Positions 29,066-37,131 of a stretch of 64,000 nt of DNA are shown here, piece by piece. The stretch's first letter is position 1; every line of letters starts with the position of its first letter. The stretch lies in assembly GCA_023701245.1 (NCBI GenBank), contig JAMPXK010000003.1, positions 7,566-71,565 on the forward strand. The letters are read 5' to 3'. Both the position numbers and the translations under genes were made by a program. This stretch comes from Elusimicrobiales bacterium. Lineage in GTDB: Bacteria > Elusimicrobiota > Elusimicrobia > Elusimicrobiales > UBA9959. Below the pieces are notes generated by a model that was not told the origin of the DNA, made no database searches, and was given only the letters and a program-made list of their open reading frames with translations.

Positions 29066-29095
29066 ATGATATCATAAGCGGGGGGAAGGTTTCAA
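29066..29095 (-). promoter_or_regulatory. candidate rpsB promoter (TTGAAA-18-TATCAT)
   Basis: Minus strand: TTGAAA (29095-29090), 18-nt spacer, TATCAT (29071-29066); about 75-nt leader to ATG at 28980. Confidence 0.4.
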
Positions 29096-29109
29096 CGGCC
29101 AAAGCGGCT

Positions 29110-29139
29110 TTTACAGGCCTGCGGCATATTTTCTATACT
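29110..29139 (+). promoter_or_regulatory. candidate nadE promoter (TTTACA-18-TATACT), -10 ends 7 nt before the ATG
   Basis: TTTACA at 29110-29115, TATACT at 29134-29139, ATG at 29147; no SD. Confidence 0.5.
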
Positions 29140-29146
29140 ACCCCTG

Positions 29147-30793
29147 ATGAAGATAGCCCTGGCGCAGATAAACCCGAAAGTAGGCGATATCGCCGCCAAC
29201 GCCCTCAAGATAGAGGCGTTCGCCCGGCGCGCCATGGCCCTCGGCGCCGACCTGGCCGTCTTCCCGGAACTGGCGCTGACCGGCTACCCGCCCCTGGACC
29301 TGCTGGAAAAAAAAGATTTCATCGACGAGAACCTGCGCGCCCTTAAGCGCCTGGCCGCCCTCCGCCTGAAGACCGCCCTTGCGGTGGGCTACGTGGACCG
29401 CAACCCGGCCGGCAAAGGCAAGCCGCTGCACAACTGCATAGCCCTGATCGACGGGGGCAGGATCGTTGCCCGGCAGGCCAAGTCCCTGCTGCCGACCTAC
29501 GATATTTTCGACGAGGCCCGCTATTTCGAACCGGCCGCGCGGAACAAGCCGGTGAAATTCCGCAAAACGCCCACAGGGCTGACCGTCTGCGAGGACATCT
29601 GGGCCGGCACCACCCTGCTGCCCAGCCGCCTGCTCTACCGCAACGACCCGGTGCGCGCCCTCGCCCGCGCCAAAGCCTCCATCATCATAAATATTTCGGC
29701 CTCGCCCTTTTACCGCGGCAAAGGCGCCAAACGCCGCGCCATCCTTTCCGGCCTCGCCAGGAAGCTGAAGGCCCACATCGTTTACGTGAACCAGGCGGGG
29801 GCCAACGACGAGCTCGTTTTCGACGGCAACAGCTTCGCGCTGGGGCCCGACGGCAAGGAAACGGCCCGGGCGGCCGCTTTCGCCGAGGACCTGGTGCTGC
29901 TCGACACCGCCGCCGCAGCGGCGCTTGCGCCGCAGGCCGCCCACGACGAGACCGGGGAGATACGCGCGGCGCTCACCCTCGGCATACGCGACTATTTCCA
30001 TAAAATGGGTTTCCAAAAAGCGGTGCTGGGTCTGAGCGGCGGCATAGACTCGGCGGTAGTGGCCGCGCTGGCCGCCGACGCGCTGGGCCCGGAGAACGTG
30101 ACGGGCGTGCTGATGCCTTCCGACTACACCTCCAGGCAGAGCACGGACGACGCCCTGCGCACCGCGGCCAACCTGGGCATAAAGACGCGCGTCCTGCCTA
30201 TTAAAAACATCTACGCCGCCTTCCTTAAGGAACTGGGCGCCGGGGACCCGGCGGGCGACGTGAGCCTGACCATGCAGAACCTGCAGTCCCGCGCGCGCGG
30301 CAGCCTGCGCATGGCGTTGGCCAACGCCAATAACTGGCTGGCCCTGGCCACCGGCAACAAGTCGGAGATAGCCGTGGGCTACTGCACGCTTTACGGCGAC
30401 ACCGCCGGCGCCATCGCCCCTATCTCGGACCTGTTCAAGACCGAGGTCTACAAACTGGCCGCTCATTTCAACCGGGCCGGCGAAGTAATCCCCCGGGCGG
30501 TCATAGTCCGCCCGCCCACGGCGGAGCTGAAGCCCGGGCAGAAAGACCAGGACGACCTGCCGCCCTATGCCGAACTCGACGAAGTGATCCGCCTCTACCT
30601 GGAAGAGAACCGCTCTCCCTCCGAGATAATCCGGCGCGGCTTTCCCCGGGACCTGGTGCTGCCTCTCCTGCGCAAGGTGGAAGCCAACGAGTACAAGAGA
30701 AAACAGCTGGCGATAGGCCTGAAGGTAACGGAAAAATCTTTCGGTTACGGCCGCAAGATGCCCATCGTCAAGTCCCTCGGCTTCATCAAATAA
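29147..30793 (+). CDS. nadE: glutamine-dependent NAD+ synthetase
   Basis: 548 aa; N-terminal C-N hydrolase domain plus C-terminal NAD synthase with GLSGGIDSAV PP-loop. Confidence 0.95.
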   Translation: MKIALAQINPKVGDIAANALKIEAFARRAMALGADLAVFPELALTGYPPLDLLEKKDFIDENLRALKRLAALRLKTALAVGYVDRNPAGKGKPLHNCIALIDGGRIVARQAKSLLPTYDIFDEARYFEPAARNKPVKFRKTPTGLTVCEDIWAGTTLLPSRLLYRNDPVRALARAKASIIINISASPFYRGKGAKRRAILSGLARKLKAHIVYVNQAGANDELVFDGNSFALGPDGKETARAAAFAEDLVLLDTAAAAALAPQAAHDETGEIRAALTLGIRDYFHKMGFQKAVLGLSGGIDSAVVAALAADALGPENVTGVLMPSDYTSRQSTDDALRTAANLGIKTRVLPIKNIYAAFLKELGAGDPAGDVSLTMQNLQSRARGSLRMALANANNWLALATGNKSEIAVGYCTLYGDTAGAIAPISDLFKTEVYKLAAHFNRAGEVIPRAVIVRPPTAELKPGQKDQDDLPPYAELDEVIRLYLEENRSPSEIIRRGFPRDLVLPLLRKVEANEYKRKQLAIGLKVTEKSFGYGRKMPIVKSLGFIK

Positions 30794-30797
30794 CATC

Positions 30798-32153
30798 ATG
30801 CCCCGCCTCCTCCACGTCCTCCTGGCCGTAACTTTTTTGTGCGCCTCCGCGCAGGCCCAGACGCCAAAAAAACGGCGCCTCGTCAAGGCCGCCGCCAAGC
30901 CCGCGCAGAGACTGGTCCGCCGGACCGAGCCGGAGACCAAGGAGGACATCCTGAAGACGGTGGGCCGCCAGGCGCCCAAAGACGGCCTGCTCGCGCGCGT
31001 CCTCAACGCCATCACCATCGACACGGCCAACGGCCCGATCATCCCTTTCCCGGTGGTGGATTCCAGCAAGGACCTGGGCCCCAGTTTCGGCGTGATGCCG
31101 GTCATCGCCATACGGGAGAAGGGCACCGGCAACATCAAGTCCGTGCTGGTGCCGTCCCTGAACTACAACCAGAACCTGCGCACCACGGCCACCTACCGCC
31201 ACTACATCTTCCCCGACGAAAAGCGCTTTTTCATCCTCCGGGCCTCGCACTCCGAACGCGTAGAGCGGGAACTGATGGCCTACTACTACACCCCGCAGCT
31301 GCTGGGCACCGGCCTGCGCTTCAGCCTGGAGGGCAAGCACTGGATAACCGGCAAACCTTCTTTCTACGGCTTCGGCATCAATTCCCAGCGCGGCGACAAG
31401 GCCAACTACTCCCTGGAGATGACAGGCGGAGAGGTCATCCTGGACGTGCCGCTGAAGAAGGAACTGTTCGTGAACGTCACCAGCGCTTATTTCGAAAAGC
31501 GCATCGGCGCCGGCCCGGTGAGCAGCGGGCAGCTGCGCGACCTGTTCCCGGCCATCTACTCCGAAGCCGCAGAACGGCGCGCCTTCCTCACCAACCGTTT
31601 CGCGCTGGTCTACGACAATACCGACCACCCGTCCCTGCCGAAGATCGGGACCTACGCCAGCGCCTCGGTCCTGTACTCCAACAGGCGCCTGGGGTCGGAT
31701 TACGAGTACCGCACCTACTCCCTGCAGGCCAAGCACTACTTCAATTACAAGCAGGAAGGGCGCTACGTTACGGCGGCGCATTACCTGCTGCAGTTCCAGC
31801 GGGGGCAGGTCCCGCCGTTCTATGCCCTGCCGCAGCTGGGGGAAAGCACCGGCCTGCGCATGGCCGGCGACGGCCGCTTCACCGGGCGCGGCAAGTTCGT
31901 CTTCACCATAGAAGAGCGCATCACCCTGTCGCGCACGCCGTTCTACAAGTTCGTGAGCGAAACCGAGATAGCGCCGTTCCTCGACGTAGGCACGGTATTC
32001 GACAGGGTCTCTGATTTCCGTGCCAGGGACCTGAAGTACGGGCCGGGCATCTCCGCGCGGCTGGTCATCCGGCCGCAGCTGGTGGCCACGGTGGACTTCG
32101 CCTACGGGTCGGAAGGCACCAACGCCATCATAAAGATCGGGTACCCTTTTTAA
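30798..32153 (+). CDS. outer-membrane beta-barrel, Omp85/surface-antigen-like without POTRA repeats
   Basis: 451 aa; signal peptide (LLAVTFLCASAQA), alternating beta-strand pattern, C-terminal ...IKIGYPF aromatic terminus. Confidence 0.7.
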   Translation: MPRLLHVLLAVTFLCASAQAQTPKKRRLVKAAAKPAQRLVRRTEPETKEDILKTVGRQAPKDGLLARVLNAITIDTANGPIIPFPVVDSSKDLGPSFGVMPVIAIREKGTGNIKSVLVPSLNYNQNLRTTATYRHYIFPDEKRFFILRASHSERVERELMAYYYTPQLLGTGLRFSLEGKHWITGKPSFYGFGINSQRGDKANYSLEMTGGEVILDVPLKKELFVNVTSAYFEKRIGAGPVSSGQLRDLFPAIYSEAAERRAFLTNRFALVYDNTDHPSLPKIGTYASASVLYSNRRLGSDYEYRTYSLQAKHYFNYKQEGRYVTAAHYLLQFQRGQVPPFYALPQLGESTGLRMAGDGRFTGRGKFVFTIEERITLSRTPFYKFVSETEIAPFLDVGTVFDRVSDFRARDLKYGPGISARLVIRPQLVATVDFAYGSEGTNAIIKIGYPF

Positions 32154-32621
32154 ATGATAACCCGCGACAAAAAAGTGCGCATTTCGGCCAAGGCCATAGT
32201 TATAAGGAAAGGGCGCCTGCTTTTGATGCGAGCCGCGGACAGGCAGGGCACTTATTACCTGCTGCCGGGCGGCGGCCAGAAGAACGGCGAAACCCTGCAC
32301 GAGGCCGTAGTGCGGGAATGCGCGGAGGAGACGGGGCTGCTGGTCCAGCCCGGCCAGCCCCGCTACATCCGCGACTACGTGGCCCGGCACCACGAGTTCG
32401 CCCGGTGGGACGCCAGTTTCCACCAGGTGGAGATCATGTTCCCCTGCGAGTTCATAAAGCGCATCGGCGCCCCGCACGAGCCGGACGCGCGCCAGACCGG
32501 CATCAGCTGGGTGGCCACCTCGCGCCTGGGGAAAATACGGCTTTACCCGTCGCTGCTCAAGATCCTCATAGCCCCGGACGGGCGCCTGCGGGGCCCGCTC
32601 TACCTGGGCGACAGCAACTAA
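32154..32621 (+). CDS. NUDIX hydrolase
   Basis: 155 aa; Nudix box GGGQKNGETLHEAVVRECAEETGL; ATG abuts the upstream stop codon. Confidence 0.88.
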   Translation: MITRDKKVRISAKAIVIRKGRLLLMRAADRQGTYYLLPGGGQKNGETLHEAVVRECAEETGLLVQPGQPRYIRDYVARHHEFARWDASFHQVEIMFPCEFIKRIGAPHEPDARQTGISWVATSRLGKIRLYPSLLKILIAPDGRLRGPLYLGDSN

Positions 32622-32629
32622 AACTCCGC

Positions 32630-32781
32630 CCCCACGAACGGGGCGGAACGCAAAAACAGGGTCGCTGCGGTGTCGCTTCGCTCCACCCGCACACCGTGCT
32701 CGCCCTTCCATGTCTCGGCCCTCGCGCTTACGCAAGCTCGGGCCTCCGACACGGTTTTGCTAACCCGCCCCGTTCATGGGG
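32630..32781. repeat. structured intergenic repeat, copy B
   Basis: Outer stem: CCCCACGAACGGGGCGG (32630-32646) pairs with CCGCCCCGTTCATGGGG (32765-32781). Inner stem: GCAAAAAC with GTTTTGC. Core block TCGGCCCTCGCGCTTACGCAAGCTCGGGCCT matches copy C at 28/31 positions. Confidence 0.8.
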
Positions 32782-33609
32782 TCAGGTGTGTTTAGATTCG
32801 CTTGATATCAGTTGCTTGAGGCGGGACTCGAGGGCGGCGCGGAAGCCGTCCTCTACGTTGCGCTGTCCCTTGGAAATGCCGTCGCGGAAAGCCGCGAAGT
32901 ACGGCTGCAGGCGCCCGGCCTGGTCGGTGACGGGGAAGAACAGCAGTTCGCGCAGGGCGCCGCGGACCAGGTCCGGGGACAGGGAGAGGAATTCCTGGGA
33001 GAAACCCGAAACCACCGGCACCGGGTATTCCGCGAGGTAGAGGTTGCCGGCAAGTTCCTGCTCGCCGGCCTCTATCGCCAGCTTCATGCGCCTGGAGGCC
33101 GCCGCGAGGGCGCCGCGCATGGACTCCAGCCGTTGCGCGTCCTTCACCAGCACCGAGGCGTGCTCCAGGGTCTTGAAATATCTTTCAGCCGAAGCCAGTT
33201 TCACCGGCCGCGGGCCCAGCGCCTCCTGCCCCTGCGTCACCCGGCAGGACCGCAAACCGGCCGCGGAGAACGAAACCAGGCGCTCGCCGTGCAGCGCGAC
33301 CAGGCCGCGCACCGGCCTGGGGAAGCAAAAACCGGAAGGTTCCCAGGTCATGCAGCGCTCGAAACGCAAACGGCCCAGGAGGAGGGGGAAGATCTGCGCG
33401 AGGACTTTAGCCTGGGGACCGGTTGGGACCCCGGTGACATACAGCGCGAGGCGCCGGCAGGTACCGTAGGCTTCGATCCCCACGAAGGGCAGGGCGCGGA
33501 CGGCGAATTCCTGCGCGGCCAGCTTACCGAGCTGTTCCACGGCGGAGCGCACGGCGCCGCCGGGGAGATTCTCCGCCAGTATCTCCAGGACCGCGTCGCG
33601 CGCCGTCAT
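32782..33609 (-). CDS. truncated GlyRS beta-subunit homolog (N-terminal ~270 aa only); possible relic or pseudogene
   Basis: 275 aa; aligns by eye to the E. coli GlyS N-terminus (EILAENLP, YGTCRRLALYV, MTWEPSGFCFPRPVRGLVALHG, LAEYPVPVVSGFSQEFLSLSPDLV). Lacks the remaining ~400 aa. ATGA-coupled to the upstream GlyQ-like ORF. Confidence 0.6.
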   Translation of the reverse strand: MTARDAVLEILAENLPGGAVRSAVEQLGKLAAQEFAVRALPFVGIEAYGTCRRLALYVTGVPTGPQAKVLAQIFPLLLGRLRFERCMTWEPSGFCFPRPVRGLVALHGERLVSFSAAGLRSCRVTQGQEALGPRPVKLASAERYFKTLEHASVLVKDAQRLESMRGALAAASRRMKLAIEAGEQELAGNLYLAEYPVPVVSGFSQEFLSLSPDLVRGALRELLFFPVTDQAGRLQPYFAAFRDGISKGQRNVEDGFRAALESRLKQLISSESKHT

Positions 33610-34109
33610 GCGGCCTCCCCGGAGTGCAGTTCTCCGTAGGTCAGGCGCCCGGCCCAGGAGAGTTCCGCGGCCGAGCGTTTGCGCTGGGACACCAGCGCCA
33701 GGCGTTCAAGCACCACCACGATCTCCGCAGAAGCCCGCGCAGCGGCGGCCTTGTAAACGAAACCGGCCAGCGGCTGGCCGTCCAGCAGCACGTTCCAGCC
33801 GGCGCCTTCGGCCGTGCCGCCGGGCCCGTCGGAAGGCAGCCAGCGCAGGTCGTGCTCGGACCTGTCTATGCCGACGGCCCGCAGGGAATCCAGGAAAGCG
33901 CGGCGCGCTCCGTCGGGGGCCGGCTTCAGGAGGACGCGGTAGCGGTAAAGGCCGGGCAGGCCGTCCGGGGCGGGGCCGCGGCGAGCGGCCCCGGCGAGAC
34001 AGAGCGGGCCGGCAAAATCCGCGCGGCCGGCGGCGCCCGGCGGCAGCAGGGCGCAGCCCTGCCGGGCCCAGTAGCGGTCTAATTTTAAGATTATGTCCTG
34101 AAAATCCAC
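33606..34109 (-). CDS. truncated, degenerate GlyRS alpha-subunit homolog; possible relic or pseudogene
   Basis: 167 aa, GTG start. FQDIILKLDRYWARQGC, YRYRVLLKPAPDG, GAGWNVLLDGQPLAGFVY and VLERLALV match GlyQ blocks. The motif-2 region is shortened and the C-terminal domain is absent. Confidence 0.6.
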   Translation of the reverse strand: MDFQDIILKLDRYWARQGCALLPPGAAGRADFAGPLCLAGAARRGPAPDGLPGLYRYRVLLKPAPDGARRAFLDSLRAVGIDRSEHDLRWLPSDGPGGTAEGAGWNVLLDGQPLAGFVYKAAAARASAEIVVVLERLALVSQRKRSAAELSWAGRLTYGELHSGEAA

Positions 34110-34166
34110 GGTACCTCGGCCGGGCTCATGCCGGCAGGCTGATATTGTACATTTTTGCCGGCCGGG

Positions 34167-34793
34167 TCATTTCACGAAAGGCAGCGTGCGCAGGTCCACC
34201 CCGAGGCTTTCGGCGAAAACCCGCCGGCACAGCCCGTCCACGAATTCTCCGGCCGCGGGGTCGGCTTTAAGCCCGCGCACCGCTTTCCACGAACCGGCGT
34301 GCAGGGCGTCCCAGAGCTCCGCGTCGGGGCCGGCCGCGGTCTCCCGGAAGCCGAAACCGGCCAGGTCCAGGGCGCGCAGGGTGAAGGCGCGCCGCAGCCA
34401 GAAAGCGTCCCCGTGCTGGTCCAGGTCGTAAAGCGCCCCCAGGAGCAGGCCGTACTTCTCCGGCGAAGGGCTCTGCGCGGGGGTAAGCTTGTTCACCACT
34501 TCGCAGTAATGCATGGCCAGGTAGAGACTCTCCAGGTCGCGGCGGATGGCGCCGAACGCCGAGAGGGTGCGGCCGCCGGTACAGACGGGGAAGTTGGAGC
34601 CTTTCTTAAGGAAGAACCGGTAGTCGCCCCAGGTAAGCGCCTCGCTGAGCGCCCGCAGTTTGCCCTTGGCCAGGCGGACGCTCTTGAAGTTGACCTCCAG
34701 CTTGCCATGCTCCAGCGTGAAGACGGTGACTATCCTGTCGTTCTCCCTCAGGGGGCGCCGCTGCAGCACAATGCCGTAATCGCAGAAGATCAT
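34167..34793 (-). CDS. recO: DNA repair protein RecO
   Basis: Track ORF runs to 34922, but RecO-like sequence starts at [26 protein letters not shown] (ATG at 34793). Confidence 0.85.
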   Translation of the reverse strand: MIFCDYGIVLQRRPLRENDRIVTVFTLEHGKLEVNFKSVRLAKGKLRALSEALTWGDYRFFLKKGSNFPVCTGGRTLSAFGAIRRDLESLYLAMHYCEVVNKLTPAQSPSPEKYGLLLGALYDLDQHGDAFWLRRAFTLRALDLAGFGFRETAAGPDAELWDALHAGSWKAVRGLKADPAAGEFVDGLCRRVFAESLGVDLRTLPFVK

Positions 34794-34897
34794 TCCCGCT
34801 ATTCTACAAATTTGCGCGCGGCGCGGCTGCCGGACGGAGGGCCCGGCATTATGGTAAAATTGACCTCCGGACAGCGGAACTCGAGGGAGACTATATA

Positions 34898-36286
34898 ATG
34901 CCTGCGACGACAATGGATTCACTGGTAAATCTCTGCAAACGGCGGGGATTCATTTTTCAGAGCTCGGATATCTACGGCGGCCTTCAGGGCGTCTACGATT
35001 ACGGCCCGCTGGGCGTGGAGCTCAAGAACAACCTGAAAGCCGCCTGGTGGCGGGCCATGGTCTACGAGCGCGACGACATAGAAGGTCTGGACGCGGCCAT
35101 CCTCACGCACAAGTCCGTGCTGAAGCATTCCGGCCACGAAGCCACCTTCTCCGACCCGATGGTGGACTGCCGCAAATGCAAGAGCCGCTGGCGCGCCGAC
35201 CAGATAAAGGACGGCAAGTGCGAGAAATGCGGTTCCGCCGACCTCACCGAGGCGCGGCCGTTCAACCTGATGTTCAAGACCACCGTGGGCCCCGTGGCCG
35301 ACGACGAGCATTACGCCTACCTGCGGCCCGAGACCGCCCAGGGCATCTTCTGCAATTTCAAGAACGTCATGGACTCCACGTCCAATAAACTGCCCTTCGG
35401 CATAGCGCAGATAGGCAAGTCCTTCCGCAACGAGATAACCCCCAAGAACTTCATCTTCCGGGTGCGCGAGTTCGAGCAGATGGAACTGGAATTCTTCGTG
35501 CTGCCGGGCACGGACGAGGACTGGCACACGAAGTGGGTGGAGAGCCGCGTGGCCTGGTGGCGGGAACAGGGCCTGGAGAGCGACAACCTGCAGCAGTTCC
35601 GCCAGCCCAAGGAAGAGCTGGCCCATTACTCCAAGGCCACCGTGGACATACTCTACAGGTTCCCGCACGGCATGGAAGAGCTGGAAGGCGTGGCCAACCG
35701 CACCGATTTCGACCTGGGCTCGCATTCCAAGAACCCCCAGGAACTCGGCCTGACGGCCAAGGTGGACGAGAACGCGGATTCCGTGGTGAAGCTTACCGCC
35801 CCGGACCCGGTCACGCAGAAGCCGCTGGTGCCTTTCGTGATAGAACCTTCGGCCGGCGTGGACCGCGGCGTGCTCGCGGTGCTGACCGAGGCCTACACCG
35901 AGGAGAAGCTCGAGAACGGGACCGAGCGCATCGTCCTCAAGCTCAAGGCGCACCTCGCGCCGATCAAGGTAGCCGTGATCCCGCTGGCCCGCAACAAGCC
36001 CGAGATCGTGGCGAAGGCCAAAGAGATAAAGGACGCCCTGCTGAAGCTGGGCATAGGCCGCATCTACTACGAGAACTCCGGCAATATCGGCAAGAGCTAC
36101 CGCCGTCACGACGAAGTGGGCACCCCGCTCTGCGTCACCGTGGACTTCGACACGATAGGCAAGGGGGAGAACAAGGACCTGGAGGGAATGGTCACCATCC
36201 GCGACCGCGACACCATGAAGCAGGTCCGCGTCCACGCCTCCGCGCTGGCGGACCACATCGCTGGTTATTTCAGGACCGCGCGCTAA
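34898..36286 (+). CDS. glyQS: glycyl-tRNA synthetase, homodimeric alpha2 (eukaryote/archaeal-like) type
   Basis: 462 aa; [35 protein letters not shown], class II motifs and C-terminal anticodon-binding domain. An alternative start at 34913 (MDSLVNL) is possible. Confidence 0.95.
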   Translation: MPATTMDSLVNLCKRRGFIFQSSDIYGGLQGVYDYGPLGVELKNNLKAAWWRAMVYERDDIEGLDAAILTHKSVLKHSGHEATFSDPMVDCRKCKSRWRADQIKDGKCEKCGSADLTEARPFNLMFKTTVGPVADDEHYAYLRPETAQGIFCNFKNVMDSTSNKLPFGIAQIGKSFRNEITPKNFIFRVREFEQMELEFFVLPGTDEDWHTKWVESRVAWWREQGLESDNLQQFRQPKEELAHYSKATVDILYRFPHGMEELEGVANRTDFDLGSHSKNPQELGLTAKVDENADSVVKLTAPDPVTQKPLVPFVIEPSAGVDRGVLAVLTEAYTEEKLENGTERIVLKLKAHLAPIKVAVIPLARNKPEIVAKAKEIKDALLKLGIGRIYYENSGNIGKSYRRHDEVGTPLCVTVDFDTIGKGENKDLEGMVTIRDRDTMKQVRVHASALADHIAGYFRTAR

Positions 36287-36302
36287 GGCCCCGGCCCGCT
36301 TT

Positions 36303-36331
36303 TTGCAAAAAGCGGCCATTATTTATATAAT
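36303..36331 (+). promoter_or_regulatory. candidate rpmH promoter (TTGCAA-17-TATAAT), -10 ends 9 nt before the ATG
   Basis: TTGCAA at 36303-36308, TATAAT at 36326-36331, ATG at 36341; the -35 lies inside hairpin CCGCTTTT-GCA-AAAAGCGG (36297-36315). Confidence 0.55.
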
Positions 36332-36340
36332 AGACACACT

Positions 36341-36487
36341 ATGCTACCTACATACAGACCCAACGTTAGTAAGCGCAAGAAGCACATCGGCTTCCGCGCC
36401 AAGATGAAGACCAAGGGCGGCAGGAAAACCCTCGCCCGCAGGCGCGCCAAAGGCCGCTGGACCCTCATACCCGACATAAAGAAATAA
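36341..36487 (+). CDS. rpmH: 50S ribosomal protein L34
   Basis: Own translation: [48 protein letters not shown] (48 aa, below the ORF-track cutoff); directly upstream of rnpA. Confidence 0.93.
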   Translation: MLPTYRPNVSKRKKHIGFRAKMKTKGGRKTLARRRAKGRWTLIPDIKK

Positions 36488-36503
36488 TCTTTAGCGGGTC
36501 AAA

Positions 36504-36884
36504 GTGAAAAAGTTCGCCTTTTCGAGAGCTTCACGCCTCCGCCTTAAAAAAGACTTCGAGGCGGTTTTCGCGGCCGGCAGGAAGGCGGTCACCAGCGACC
36601 TGGTGGCCTGGCACGACCCCGGCGGGGAAAAAGACAGGAAGATCGGCCTCATGGTCTCAAAGAAGACCGGGGGCGCCGTGAAGCGGAACAGGCTTAAGAG
36701 GCTTCTAAGAGAAGCATTCAGGCTGACAAGCAGAGAGTTAAAGGAAGGCACGCGCCTTATCATTTACCCGAAAGCGGGCTGCGCCATGAAGAACCTGGCC
36801 CAGGCCCGCGCCGCGCTGGACACGCTCCGGCGCAAGGCGCGCCTTGACGATGACGGTAGACAAGACCGAAACGCAAAATCTTAA
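36504..36884 (+). CDS. rnpA: ribonuclease P protein component
   Basis: 126 aa, GTG start; LKKDFEAVF and KKTGGAVKRNRLKRLLREAFR (RNR motif). Confidence 0.9.
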   Translation: MKKFAFSRASRLRLKKDFEAVFAAGRKAVTSDLVAWHDPGGEKDRKIGLMVSKKTGGAVKRNRLKRLLREAFRLTSRELKEGTRLIIYPKAGCAMKNLAQARAALDTLRRKARLDDDGRQDRNAKS

Positions 36885-37092
36885 ATCGCTCGCGCTGCTC
36901 ACGCTGCGCTCGGCATACAGGACTTTCAGGCCGGCCCTAGGGCCCGGTACCTGCAGGTTTCATCCGTCCTGTTCCGAGTACGCGTTCCAGGCGCTGGGCA
37001 GGCACGGGATTTTAAAAGGGACGAGGCTGGCCGCAAGCCGCCTCTCCCGCTGTCGTCCTTTCTCTCCTGGCGGTTACGACCCGGTACCCTGA
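36844..37092 (+). CDS. yidD: membrane protein insertion efficiency factor YidD
   Basis: 82 aa; CRFHPSCSEYAFQAL..HG and RCRPFSPGGYDPVP signature; overlaps the rnpA 3' end. Confidence 0.9.
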   Translation: MTMTVDKTETQNLKSLALLTLRSAYRTFRPALGPGTCRFHPSCSEYAFQALGRHGILKGTRLAASRLSRCRPFSPGGYDPVP

Positions 37093-37131
37093 ACGCCTCC
37101 TTGGAAGCCTTCCGCAGCAGCGGGAGGTTAA

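Noticed and set aside
28981-29146. Possible oriC in the rpsB/nadE divergent gap
   Set aside because: It is only 166 bp, is occupied by two back-to-back promoters, and has no DnaA-box-like 9-mers or AT-rich unwinding repeats that I can see. I kept only the strand-switch observation as a low-interest finding.
29138-32735. 666-aa and 649-aa minus-strand ORFs (29138..31138 and 30786..32735)
   Set aside because: Antisense to nadE, the Omp85-like barrel and Nudix, all of which have clear motifs; no start or SD context; GC artefacts.
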